The notes under the pieces are model-generated. The model was given only the letters and a program-made list of their open reading frames with translations. It was not told the origin of the DNA and ran no database searches. Of a stretch of DNA of 64,000 nt, positions 10,974-19,420 are shown one piece after another. A program made the translations under genes and the position numbers. Each line of letters begins with the position of its first letter. The first letter of the stretch is position 1. The stretch comes from Pseudomonadota bacterium (GTDB lineage: Bacteria > Myxococcota > JACRCW01 > JAFGSX01): positions 1-64,000 of the forward strand of contig JBDRCO010000033.1 in NCBI GenBank assembly GCA_043821645.1, given 5' to 3'.

Positions 10974-11360
10974 CTAGTTGGTCAGCTCCATCTCGACCAC
11001 CAGCTCCTCACCTTCGGCACCAATGGGCATCTCCACGCTCGTGTACTGGCCGCCGTTGGCCTCACCATCCACGTCGATGAAGCGCAAGGTGTCGCAGGGG
11101 TTGGTATTGAGGACGAAGCTGCCCTCGGCGTCGGTGACCGCGAGCAATCCGGTGTCCCCGCCGGCATCCTCGACGGACCCCGCATCCTCGGCGAGGCCGA
11201 CGCAACGCACCTCGATGTCCGCGATGCCTTTCTGCGTCGTCTTGTCGAGCACCCGCCCTGGCTTGTAGAACGACATCACCATGCCGTAGCAGGCGGCGAT
11301 GACGACGGGAATGGCACAGGTGATGCCCCACAGGAGCGCGCGCTGGATCTTTCTTTTCAT
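10974..11360 (-). CDS. Lipoprotein resembling radical-SAM-associated putative lipoproteins (TIGR04134-like)
   Basis: MKRK + hydrophobic stretch + IAAC-YG; GRVLD...GIADIEV...TDAEGSF...DVDGEANGG pattern; GGAGGA RBS. Confidence 0.65.
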   Translation of the reverse strand: MKRKIQRALLWGITCAIPVVIAACYGMVMSFYKPGRVLDKTTQKGIADIEVRCVGLAEDAGSVEDAGGDTGLLAVTDAEGSFVLNTNPCDTLRFIDVDGEANGGQYTSVEMPIGAEGEELVVEMELTN

Positions 11361-11445
11361 GGCGATGTCCTCCCTGATGTCAGCGTCGAGCATAGAGCCG
11401 CCGGCGTGCGTCAGGCAAGTCAGGGTGAACCCGTGGGGTCCACGC

Positions 11446-11844
11446 TCAGGCGGCGCGACGACGCAGGGGGCAGTGGCGATCCACGATGCGTGCGACGCCG
11501 GCCCCGCCAGCGGCCAGGATCTGGGGGTCCTGCACCTCGGCCCCGCCCACCGCGCACAGGTAAAGCTGGCCCAGCTTGCAGGTGACCGGCGTCACGGTCA
11601 CACGCTGCACTCCCGCCGGCGTGTACATGTGGCCCCGCCAGGTGTGGTTCGAACGCACCACGTGCAGGGGCAGGGACCCCAGCTCCGCGACCCGGCTGGA
11701 GTCTCCCGCGTGCGCGAGGACGCGTCCGGAGGGCCCGGTCAGGGCCACGGTGTGAAAGGCCCCGCGAGCGGCGCTGGCCGCCAGTTGCAGGCGCAGGGCG
11801 CGGGGGTAGTCATCACTGCGCTCACGTCGTCGTTCGGTGCCCAT
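11446..11844 (-). CDS. Hypothetical protein, possibly roadblock/GAF-like
   Basis: AGGAGG RBS; ERRRERSDD...ALRLQL...VALTGPSGRVLAHAG pattern. Confidence 0.55.
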   Translation of the reverse strand: MGTERRRERSDDYPRALRLQLAASAARGAFHTVALTGPSGRVLAHAGDSSRVAELGSLPLHVVRSNHTWRGHMYTPAGVQRVTVTPVTCKLGQLYLCAVGGAEVQDPQILAAGGAGVARIVDRHCPLRRRAA

Positions 11845-11976
11845 GGCCGCCTCCTGGAGCTGTCTGTCTCCAGGGTAAGGCCGGGATCTGGGCGACGCCA
11901 GAAAACGACCGGACGAGCGCTGCGCCACCCCCTGTCGGAGATCCGCGACACGTCGAACGGCCGCACACCGCGGCTC

Positions 11977-14601
11977 TCAGGGTGTGACGATCTCGGATAC
12001 GAAGTGTTGAGCCGTGGGCGATCCGCTGTGGTAGCCACCGAACAGATGCACGGCGTTGCCAACCTCGACCATGCAGGACTGGCGCGTGGCTTCGGCAGGA
12101 AGCAGGTTGCCGGTCGCGATGTAAGGACCTAGCTGCCCATCGCTGAGATCGGCGCGCTCGCCGTCGAGGCGTTCGACCCTGGATGGCCCCGAACTCCCCT
12201 CTCCCCCCAGCACGTACAGCGAGTCGCCGAGGACCAGGCTCATGGCGTTGCCGCGCTCGCGCACCAGGCTCCACGACGCATCGCTGAAACCATCGAGGTT
12301 GCCGGCCGCGTAGGATGCCACGGTCGACCCCGTCTGCGGCGCCCCGAGGCTGGTGAACCCCCCCACCACGCGCAGGCCGTCGACCAGGACCGCGGCGGCG
12401 GGATCTCGCTGCTCGACGGTCAGCATCTCCCCGACGCTGAAGCCCGGTGCATTCTGGTCGGACAGGTCGAGCCGCTCGGTCTTCAGGGCTGCACCCGAGG
12501 GAAAACCTCCAACAACGTGCATGGTCGTACCCAGGATCACGGCGCGGTGTCCTGAGCGGGCGATGGCGAGTGACGACGTGGCGACAAGGACACCGATCCC
12601 GGTCGCTGGATCGACGCTGGCGCGCCAGGCCTGCGTGGTTTCTGCTGCGTCGCCCTGGCCACCCACGACGTAGAGCGTGTCGTCGAACACGGCTGCGGCG
12701 CTCCGGGTCAGGGCGCCAGGGAGGACACGCGTCTCGAGGGCCGCGCTGCGCGCCTCACCATCCGGCCCCAGCTCCACCCCCACGATTGCCGAGGTGATGG
12801 TGCTGTCGCCCTCCCCGGTGAATTGCTCGACGGTGCCGCCAAGCAGGTACACGTGATCGTGAAGCACGGCGCAGGCAGCCTCGCGAAGATTCATGGGCAA
12901 CAGCAGCGACGTGGCCTGAAAAGCCGACAGCCGCGCCGAGCGGTGCAACGGAGCCTGCTCCAGCGTGGTCACATTGTTGTTGCCATCGCTGCCGGACACC
13001 GCCCACACCCGGTTTCCAGCAACGGCCAGGCCAAAGGTCGTGCGCGCCTGGGTCATGGGTGCTTGCAGCACGCAGGCTCCGATGTCTCCCGCGCTCTGCA
13101 CCTCGCAACACCACACCTCGCTGGTGGCGTCGTTGCCGTCGTCACCCCCGAGCCAGCAGACCTGGGCGGGGAGAGCCAGGACGCGCAGGCCACGGCCGGA
13201 GGTGGGCAGGTCCAGGCTCGGCGCACGCACGAAGGCGGTGAGGTTGCCGTCGCTGGTGATGTTCGCCACCTCGACACGGCCGTTGGTGCCGGTGCCGCCA
13301 AAGACGTAGAGCTTGGGACCCACCACGGCCAGGGCGTGGCGATCGCGGGGCTCGGTCAACAAAGACCCGAGGTCCTGACGAGGGCCCAGGCTGCCGTCGG
13401 CCGCGAGGGCGAAGCGCTCCACGCTCGCGACAAGATCCGTTTCCCAGTCGGGCCCGCTGCGACCGCCGAGCACGTACAGCCAGCTGCCAAGCACCACCGC
13501 GGCGGCATCGCGACGCGCTGTGCCCAGGCTTCGCGTGGGGACAAAGCTGCCCAGGGTGCCGTCGGCGCCCAGAGGTGCAGCCTCGACGGAGGCGAAGGTC
13601 TCGGCATCGGTATCGCCACCTCCTATCGCGTACAGGAAATCCCCGATGGCCAGGGAGGCCGCGCCCTTGCGCCGTTCGATCAAGCTGGTCTGCGGGGTGA
13701 AGGGCCCCAGGCTTCCGTCGGCGTGGATGTAGGCACGCTGTACCGAGGTGGGGGCTTGATTGTCGACGGAGCCTCCCACCAGGTACAGGTGCCGACCCCG
13801 CGTGACGGCATCGAAGCGGTTGCGGCCATTGGTCAGGCGTGGGGTGTTGCGGCCGTGGGCGGTCTGCGGCAGCTCCGACGAGAAGGTCCCCAGGCGTGGC
13901 GCGAAGCTGGTCACGCGGAGCCACACACCCAGGCTGCTGTGCACGCCGGCGCTGACCTTCACCTCGCCGCTGCCCGCGCCCGCTGGCACTGGCACTGCCA
14001 GACGCTGCTGGGCACCTATCAAGGTCAACGGCACGGTCTGGTTGCCAGCGAACTCCACACTCAGCGAGCCCGCGGGAAAGCTGCCCTCGAGCCAGATCGT
14101 GTCGCCGGCGCGTGCAATGGCGGGGTGCAGGGCGAAGAGTGCGAGCGGTGGCAAGCTGGCGTCGGGAGAACCCGCGTCCTGATCTCCGGCATCCTGGACT
14201 GCGGCGTCGTGGCTGGTGCCATCGAGGCGTCCCCCATCGGTGGCGACGGCATCGACTGCCGCAACATCGCGGGCGCTTGCGTCCGCACCACCATCGGGCG
14301 TGGGCGCATCGCCGGGACCGAGATCTCCCTGCGTTCCAGCATCCATCATGAAAAGATCGGACCCCACCCTGTCCGCAGCGGCGCGGTCTCCAGCCACAGC
14401 GTCTGGACCCAGCGCATCGAGGTCAGCGCTGTCCACTGCGCTGGCATCGGCACCCTGGCGCAGACACTGGCCCTGGACGCAGAAGAACCTCGCCGGGCAA
14501 TCCAGCGTGGTCCGGCACGCATCCTGGTTCACCGGGGTCGAGGGACGACACGCCACCACCAGGAAGGCGAGGAGTGCGCAGCACCTTGGCGTCGACGTCA
14601 T
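11977..14601 (-). CDS. Kelch-repeat lipoprotein with IPT/TIG-like domain and DA-rich linker
   Basis: Lipobox VVAC, Cys-rich N-module, DAG/DAA linker, many Kelch GG motifs (LYLVGG, LYAIGG, LYVLGG, LYVFGG, VYLLGG). Confidence 0.85.
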   Translation of the reverse strand: MTSTPRCCALLAFLVVACRPSTPVNQDACRTTLDCPARFFCVQGQCLRQGADASAVDSADLDALGPDAVAGDRAAADRVGSDLFMMDAGTQGDLGPGDAPTPDGGADASARDVAAVDAVATDGGRLDGTSHDAAVQDAGDQDAGSPDASLPPLALFALHPAIARAGDTIWLEGSFPAGSLSVEFAGNQTVPLTLIGAQQRLAVPVPAGAGSGEVKVSAGVHSSLGVWLRVTSFAPRLGTFSSELPQTAHGRNTPRLTNGRNRFDAVTRGRHLYLVGGSVDNQAPTSVQRAYIHADGSLGPFTPQTSLIERRKGAASLAIGDFLYAIGGGDTDAETFASVEAAPLGADGTLGSFVPTRSLGTARRDAAAVVLGSWLYVLGGRSGPDWETDLVASVERFALAADGSLGPRQDLGSLLTEPRDRHALAVVGPKLYVFGGTGTNGRVEVANITSDGNLTAFVRAPSLDLPTSGRGLRVLALPAQVCWLGGDDGNDATSEVWCCEVQSAGDIGACVLQAPMTQARTTFGLAVAGNRVWAVSGSDGNNNVTTLEQAPLHRSARLSAFQATSLLLPMNLREAACAVLHDHVYLLGGTVEQFTGEGDSTITSAIVGVELGPDGEARSAALETRVLPGALTRSAAAVFDDTLYVVGGQGDAAETTQAWRASVDPATGIGVLVATSSLAIARSGHRAVILGTTMHVVGGFPSGAALKTERLDLSDQNAPGFSVGEMLTVEQRDPAAAVLVDGLRVVGGFTSLGAPQTGSTVASYAAGNLDGFSDASWSLVRERGNAMSLVLGDSLYVLGGEGSSGPSRVERLDGERADLSDGQLGPYIATGNLLPAEATRQSCMVEVGNAVHLFGGYHSGSPTAQHFVSEIVTP

Positions 14602-14730
14602 GCGCCCAGCATAGCACGTCGTTCTGCCGCCATGTCTCGGGTGTGCACCGCTGTTGACGCTGGTCCGGGCACAGGCGAAACCTCGGGTTTGCATCGCGCA
14701 GCCATGCCCAGGGAGCAGCCAGGAGCCATC

Positions 14731-15747
14731 ATGTCCGAGCACATCGAGCGCGTCGTCACCATGCTGGCCCTGATCCCGAGGTACCCTCGCAAGGTCACCG
14801 TCGGGGATCTCGTGGCTCGTCTCCAGGAACGCGGCTTCGAGGTCGGAAACCGCCGCATGATAGAACGCAACCTGCAAGAGCTGGCCGCGAGCCCGCACTT
14901 CCCGCTGCAATGCGACGAGCACAAGCCCGCGGGCTGGTCCTGGGCCCAGGGCGCGCAGATGATCGACATCCCCTGCATGGACGCTCACACCGCCCTGACC
15001 TTTGGCCTTGCCGAGCGCTTTCTCGAGCCCATGTTGCCGCACTCGACGCGGCGTTTTCTCGACCCCCACTTCGCCAAGGCGCGCGCCGTGCTCGAGGGAT
15101 TGCGCAGCCATCATCTGGCGGACTGGCCGTCCAAGATCGCCATCCTGCCCAAGGGCCAGCCCCTGAAGACCCCCGAGGTCGACGACGGCGTGCTCGAGGT
15201 GGTTTACGCGGCCCTGCTCGAGGACAGGCGCTTCGAGGCCCGCTATCGCAGACGCGGCGCCGAGGCTGCCAAGCAGTACGTGGTGGACGCCCTGGGTCTG
15301 GTGTTTCGCAATGACCAGATCTACCTCGTCGGCCGCGTGGTCGGTCACGACGAGCCCATACAGTTCCTGCTTCACCGCATGGAACAGGCCACCCTGCGCG
15401 ACGAGCCGCGGCAAGTGCCCGAGGGCTTTGATCTGGATCGCTACGTGCGCCAGGGCGGCTTTCGCTACGGCGACCGCATCGAGGAGATCGCGCTGTGCGT
15501 GCGCCTGTCGCGCGCTGCGGCGCTGCAGCTGTACGAGACCCCGCTGTCCGACGACCAGACCATCACCGAGCAGGGCGACGATCTGCTGGTGCGCGCCAGC
15601 GTGCGCAGCGACTGGCAGCTCAGCTGGTGGTTGCTGTCCTTCGGTGATCACGCCGAGGTGCTCGAACCCGCGTGGCTGAGAGAGCAGTTCACCGCCACGG
15701 CGGCGCGCATGGCGGCACGCTACGCATCGCCCGCGTCCGCCAGCTGA
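14731..15747 (+). CDS. WYL-domain transcriptional regulator (wHTH-WYL-WCX)
   Basis: AGGAG RBS; IPRYPRKVTVGDL...RMIERNL HTH, LGLVFRNDQIYLVG WYL core, FLLHRM, WWLLSFGDHAEVLEPAWLRE. Confidence 0.9.
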   Translation: MSEHIERVVTMLALIPRYPRKVTVGDLVARLQERGFEVGNRRMIERNLQELAASPHFPLQCDEHKPAGWSWAQGAQMIDIPCMDAHTALTFGLAERFLEPMLPHSTRRFLDPHFAKARAVLEGLRSHHLADWPSKIAILPKGQPLKTPEVDDGVLEVVYAALLEDRRFEARYRRRGAEAAKQYVVDALGLVFRNDQIYLVGRVVGHDEPIQFLLHRMEQATLRDEPRQVPEGFDLDRYVRQGGFRYGDRIEEIALCVRLSRAAALQLYETPLSDDQTITEQGDDLLVRASVRSDWQLSWWLLSFGDHAEVLEPAWLREQFTATAARMAARYASPASAS

Positions 15748-15774
15748 AGGCTCTCCGTCGACGACAGGGCAGGT

Positions 15775-16581
15775 TCAGGGCAGCTGCGCTCGCATGGCCT
15801 GGTACGCCGCGGCACCGCGCTCCGTGGGCACGGAACCGTGCTGCCGGATCCAGGTCTGGGCGCTGGCGATGCGCTCCTGGGTGGCGGGGTGGCTGCTCAA
15901 GATGGCCAGCAGGGCTGGCGTGCCGTCGTCGAGCTTCTTGAAAAAGGACACGAAGCCATTGGGGTCGTAACCGGCCTTGACCTCGGTGGCGAGGCCCTTG
16001 CTGTCGGCCTCGCGCTCCTGGTCCCGGCTGTAGGTGAGCAGGAAGCCATTGCTGACGATGCCCGCGACCAGCTGCCCCAGCAGGTCGGGCTTGGCGCCCA
16101 GGGCCAGCTCGGTGACCACCTGTATGCCGTTGGCCGCGATCAGGCGCTCGGCCACGTGACGCTCGGTGACATGCGAGACCTCGTGACTGAGCACGGACAT
16201 CAGCTCGGCCTCGTCCGAGGCCTTCTTGAGCAGCCCGGTGTAGACGTAGACGAAGCCGCCCGGCATGGCGAAGGCATTGACCGTCTTGTCGTCGGCGATG
16301 ACCTTGAAGGTGAAGCGGATGCCCTTGGGTTTGCCCTGGGCCGCAGCCACCACCTTGCCGCCCAGGCTGCGGATGTATTGCTGCACGGGCTCGCTGGCGA
16401 GCAGGCTCACCTTCTTCTCGAGCTCGGCCGACAGCTGCTTGCCTATCTTGTTCTCCTCGGCCACGGGCAGCAGGGTGTCCACTGTCGCGCGGCTGGCCTG
16501 GTCGGTGTACTTGCCGGCCTCGGCGCAGCCCAGCAGGCCCAGGGCGAGCAGCGACGCGATACCCGTTCTTGTCATGGTCAT
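15775..16581 (-). CDS. M48 family Zn metallopeptidase lipoprotein
   Basis: LLGC lipobox, NAFAMPGG, HEVSH, YSRDQEREAD, SSHP. Confidence 0.92.
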   Translation of the reverse strand: MTMTRTGIASLLALGLLGCAEAGKYTDQASRATVDTLLPVAEENKIGKQLSAELEKKVSLLASEPVQQYIRSLGGKVVAAAQGKPKGIRFTFKVIADDKTVNAFAMPGGFVYVYTGLLKKASDEAELMSVLSHEVSHVTERHVAERLIAANGIQVVTELALGAKPDLLGQLVAGIVSNGFLLTYSRDQEREADSKGLATEVKAGYDPNGFVSFFKKLDDGTPALLAILSSHPATQERIASAQTWIRQHGSVPTERGAAAYQAMRAQLP

Positions 16582-16617
16582 CTCCTTGGGGGCGCAGGCT
16601 TGTGTGCCCGTCCCAAG

Positions 16618-17289
16618 CTAGCACCCGGCGCCACCTCCGTCAGGTCCCCGGGACACAAAGCCCTCGATGCCTTCAGGTCGTGTCGCGCACCACAGGCCTA
16701 TGCCCATGGTCGGGCTCGCCAGGCCGCGGTCCCCGGACGACCCGCGCAGTTCGCGCGTGTGGCCTCCCTCCAGGCCTTGCCAGAACCGAGCCACGCCAGC
16801 GGCCTTCGGGTCCGGGTTGGCGATGTCGTGAAAGGCCAAGAAGCGATGCGGCATCGCGCGCTCACGCTCGAAGTCGGCGCGCACCCCCGCCTCGCTGTGG
16901 TCGGCGTCGATGAAAACCAGGTCGATGTGCCCCAGGTCGCGGCGCCAGGACAGGTACTCGGGCGAGCGTGAGCTGCCCACGAACAGCGTCGCCTCCGAGG
17001 GCAGGTGCAGCTCGAGGCCAAAGCGCCGGGCATAGCCGTCGTCGCACACGGCCACCTGGTCGAAGCGAAAGACCGTATGCAGCGCGCTCGCCAGGCGCCC
17101 CGTCCAGGCCCCTATCTCCAGGTACGAGCGCAGCTGCTGCTGCTCGATGAACTGGCACAGGGCCACCAGCTCCCGGCGATTTTGCAGGATGACGTCGTCG
17201 ACGGGTTCGCCGCGTTCGAGATAGATCGCCTGGGTGCGAGCATCCCAGCAGCGCAGGTTCGCCAGCTCGCGCTCGAAATCCCGAGCCAT
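16618..17289 (-). CDS. Class I SAM-dependent methyltransferase (Methyltransf_24-like)
   Basis: YLEIGAWTG, DLVFIDADH, FHDI; ATG overlaps upstream stop (TGATG). Confidence 0.8.
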   Translation of the reverse strand: MARDFERELANLRCWDARTQAIYLERGEPVDDVILQNRRELVALCQFIEQQQLRSYLEIGAWTGRLASALHTVFRFDQVAVCDDGYARRFGLELHLPSEATLFVGSSRSPEYLSWRRDLGHIDLVFIDADHSEAGVRADFERERAMPHRFLAFHDIANPDPKAAGVARFWQGLEGGHTRELRGSSGDRGLASPTMGIGLWCATRPEGIEGFVSRGPDGGGAGC

Positions 17290-18080
17290 CAGGCGTCCAT
17301 GAGCAGGCGGCGACGGATCTGGCAGAATGCGTCGCTGCGCGCGCCGTCGCGGCGGCGAATGAGCAGCGGGCGCGTCGGCACGGTCTCCCCCTCGGCGGCG
17401 CAGGTGAACAGCGCGATGGTGGGTCGCCGCCCCTCGCGAAAAACCACATCCCTCCTCGACAGCAGGTGCAGCCCGGCGCTGAGGATGGCCTGCTCGGGCC
17501 GCTTGTCGTCGGCCGCGTGGCAAAAGCAAAAGGCGCCCCCAGGTGCCAACCAGCGATTGGCGGCCTGGCAGTACGCCAGCACGTCACCATGGAGTTCCAG
17601 CCGCGCTGCGGCGCGCGCAGCATGGGGCGAGGCGGTGGCGGCGCGCTCTGGCAAGTACGGGGGATTGGCGACGACGAGGTCGAAGCGGGCCCGGGCGTCC
17701 AGCACCTGCGGCTCGCGCAGGTCGCCGCAGACCACCCGCGCCCTGGAACCCAGGTCGTTGTGCTCGATGGTGCGCCGCATCAGTCCGGCGCTGTCCGCCA
17801 GGATCTCCACCGCCGTGAGCCGGGAGCTCGCAGGCAGGCCCAGCAAGGTGAGCAAGCCCACGCTGCCCACACCCGCTCCCATGTCGAGCACCTGCGCGGC
17901 CTGCGGTCGCGCCTCGAGGGCGCTGTGGGCCACCAGGATGTCGTCGGTGCTGTAGCGCTGGGTGTGCTGGCGCTGGTAGATCCACCACTCGCCTGCCAGG
18001 CGGTCCAGAGTGGGGTCGCCGTCCGCGCTGTCCGTGGCTGTCGCCGGCGAGGGTCCCGGACCCGTATCAGGGTGCGTCAT
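17289..18080 (-). CDS. tRNA1(Val) A37 N6-methyltransferase-like (TrmN6/YfiC family)
   Basis: YSTDDIL, VLDMGAGVG, FDLVVANPPY, AARLEL. Confidence 0.8.
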   Translation of the reverse strand: MTHPDTGPGPSPATATDSADGDPTLDRLAGEWWIYQRQHTQRYSTDDILVAHSALEARPQAAQVLDMGAGVGSVGLLTLLGLPASSRLTAVEILADSAGLMRRTIEHNDLGSRARVVCGDLREPQVLDARARFDLVVANPPYLPERAATASPHAARAAARLELHGDVLAYCQAANRWLAPGGAFCFCHAADDKRPEQAILSAGLHLLSRRDVVFREGRRPTIALFTCAAEGETVPTRPLLIRRRDGARSDAFCQIRRRLLMDA

Positions 18081-18128
18081 GGTGGGTGCATTATCCCGGG
18101 CTGCGCGCTCCCATGCTAGCGTGCAGGC

Positions 18129-18599
18129 ATGAAGACCAACGCCGCACGCCTGCTGGATGGGCTCGGCATCACCTACACCCTGCGCGAGTACGAGGTCGAC
18201 CTCGAGGACCTCAGTGCGCCGGCGGTGGCGTCCAAGATAGGTCTTCCCGTCGAGCAGGTGTTCAAGACCCTGGTGGCGCGCGGTGATCGCGGTGGCGTGC
18301 TGATGGCCGTGGTGCCTGGCGATGCGACCCTGGACCTGAAAAAACTGGCCCGCGCCTCCGGGGATCGCCGTGTCGAGCTGGTGCCCCTGCGCGAGGTCGA
18401 GCCGCTGACCGGCTACGTGCGAGGTGGCGTCACGACCCTGGGCGTGCGCAAGCCCTACCCTGTGTTCGTCGACGAGAGCCTGGAGCTGTTCGAAACCGTG
18501 GCGGTGTCAGCGGGTCGGCGAGGCCTGCAGATCGTGCTGGCACCGGCAGACTACCTGCGGGCCACCGGGGCCCGGGTACAGGACCTGATCGCCCTGTAG
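18129..18599 (+). CDS. ybaK: Cys-tRNA(Pro) deacylase YbaK/EbsC
   Basis: MKTNAARLLD, VFKTLV, LDLKKLA, TGYVRGG, SAGRRGLQ. Confidence 0.95.
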   Translation: MKTNAARLLDGLGITYTLREYEVDLEDLSAPAVASKIGLPVEQVFKTLVARGDRGGVLMAVVPGDATLDLKKLARASGDRRVELVPLREVEPLTGYVRGGVTTLGVRKPYPVFVDESLELFETVAVSAGRRGLQIVLAPADYLRATGARVQDLIAL

Positions 18600-18621
18600 C
18601 CCTTGGGGGCACCCGTCGCCT

Positions 18622-19152
18622 CTAAAGCGAGGCGGTGGGCTTGCGCTTCTCGACGGGCACGAACTGGCTGCGGCGGTTCTTGGCCCAGGCCTGCTCGCCG
18701 GTGCCCTTCACCATGGGGCGCTCCTTGCCGTAGGACATGATGGCCAGCTGCGCGGGTGCCACTCCGACGGTCTTCAGATAGTCCCGGGTGACCTGGGCCC
18801 GGCGCTCGCCCAGGGCGATGTTGTACTCGGTGGTGCCGCGCTCGTCGCAGTGCCCCTCGATGGTCAGCTTGAGGTCGGGGTTGTGCTGGAGTGCCTTCGC
18901 CATGGTGTCGAGGCGACCGCGGGCCTCCTTGTTGAGCTGCCAGGAGTCGTAGTCGAAGAAGATGGGCGTGTAGTCCACCACCTCGTCGTTGGTCTCGGCG
19001 CGCGCCATCACCGCTTCCTTCTTCTTGGGCGCGACGGGAGCCTTGACCTGTGCCACGGTGTTCTGAGCGGGCGTGGCGGCTTGCTTGGCACCGCTGCAGC
19101 CGAGGGTGAGGGTGAAGGCCGAGATCATCGAAACCGTGATGAGAGTGCGCAT
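18622..19152 (-). CDS. pal: OmpA-family peptidoglycan-associated lipoprotein (Pal-like)
   Basis: TLGC lipobox, IFFDYDS, IEGHCDERGTTEYNIALGERRA, SYGKERP, WAKNRR; GGAGGA RBS. Confidence 0.88.
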   Translation of the reverse strand: MRTLITVSMISAFTLTLGCSGAKQAATPAQNTVAQVKAPVAPKKKEAVMARAETNDEVVDYTPIFFDYDSWQLNKEARGRLDTMAKALQHNPDLKLTIEGHCDERGTTEYNIALGERRAQVTRDYLKTVGVAPAQLAIMSYGKERPMVKGTGEQAWAKNRRSQFVPVEKRKPTASL

Positions 19153-19182
19153 GGTGTCCTCCGTGACGCTGGCCGGAGGTTG

Positions 19183-19198
19183 AGCAAGCGGCGTGCCA
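19183..19198 (-). promoter_or_regulatory. Sigma-54 (-24/-12) promoter of pal-like gene
   Basis: TGGCACGCCGCTTGCT matches the TGGCAC-N5-TTGC consensus, 30 nt upstream of ATG. Confidence 0.85.
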
Positions 19199-19369
19199 CC
19201 ATTTTTCCAGAAGGCCACCAGCCTGACCGTCCCCTCGGGCACACAGCAGATCCTGTCCTGATCCGGCATGCTGGCTGCACCTGACGCGTGCGACCATGCA
19301 CAAGCTCCACACCGGCCAGGCTGCTCGAAGGGGCTCCCGGCGTATCTGAGTTCCCTGGACAGGGTGTGA

Positions 19370-19411
19370 ACCCTGGCAGGCTGCGCGGGTGGCGTTGCGT
19401 TTTGCAAGGGT
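19370..19411. promoter_or_regulatory. Tandem imperfect palindromes, putative bEBP enhancer (UAS)
   Basis: ACCCTGGCA-GGC-TGCGCGGGT followed directly by GGCGTTGCG-TTT-TGCAAGGGT; similar site at 22930-22950. Confidence 0.5.
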
Positions 19412-19420
19412 GGTGGCAGC

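Noticed and set aside
12823-15651. Apparent 974-aa and 1224-aa giant ORFs
   Set aside because: Each is a real gene (WYL from 14731; Kelch from 14601) extended through the antisense frame of the other.
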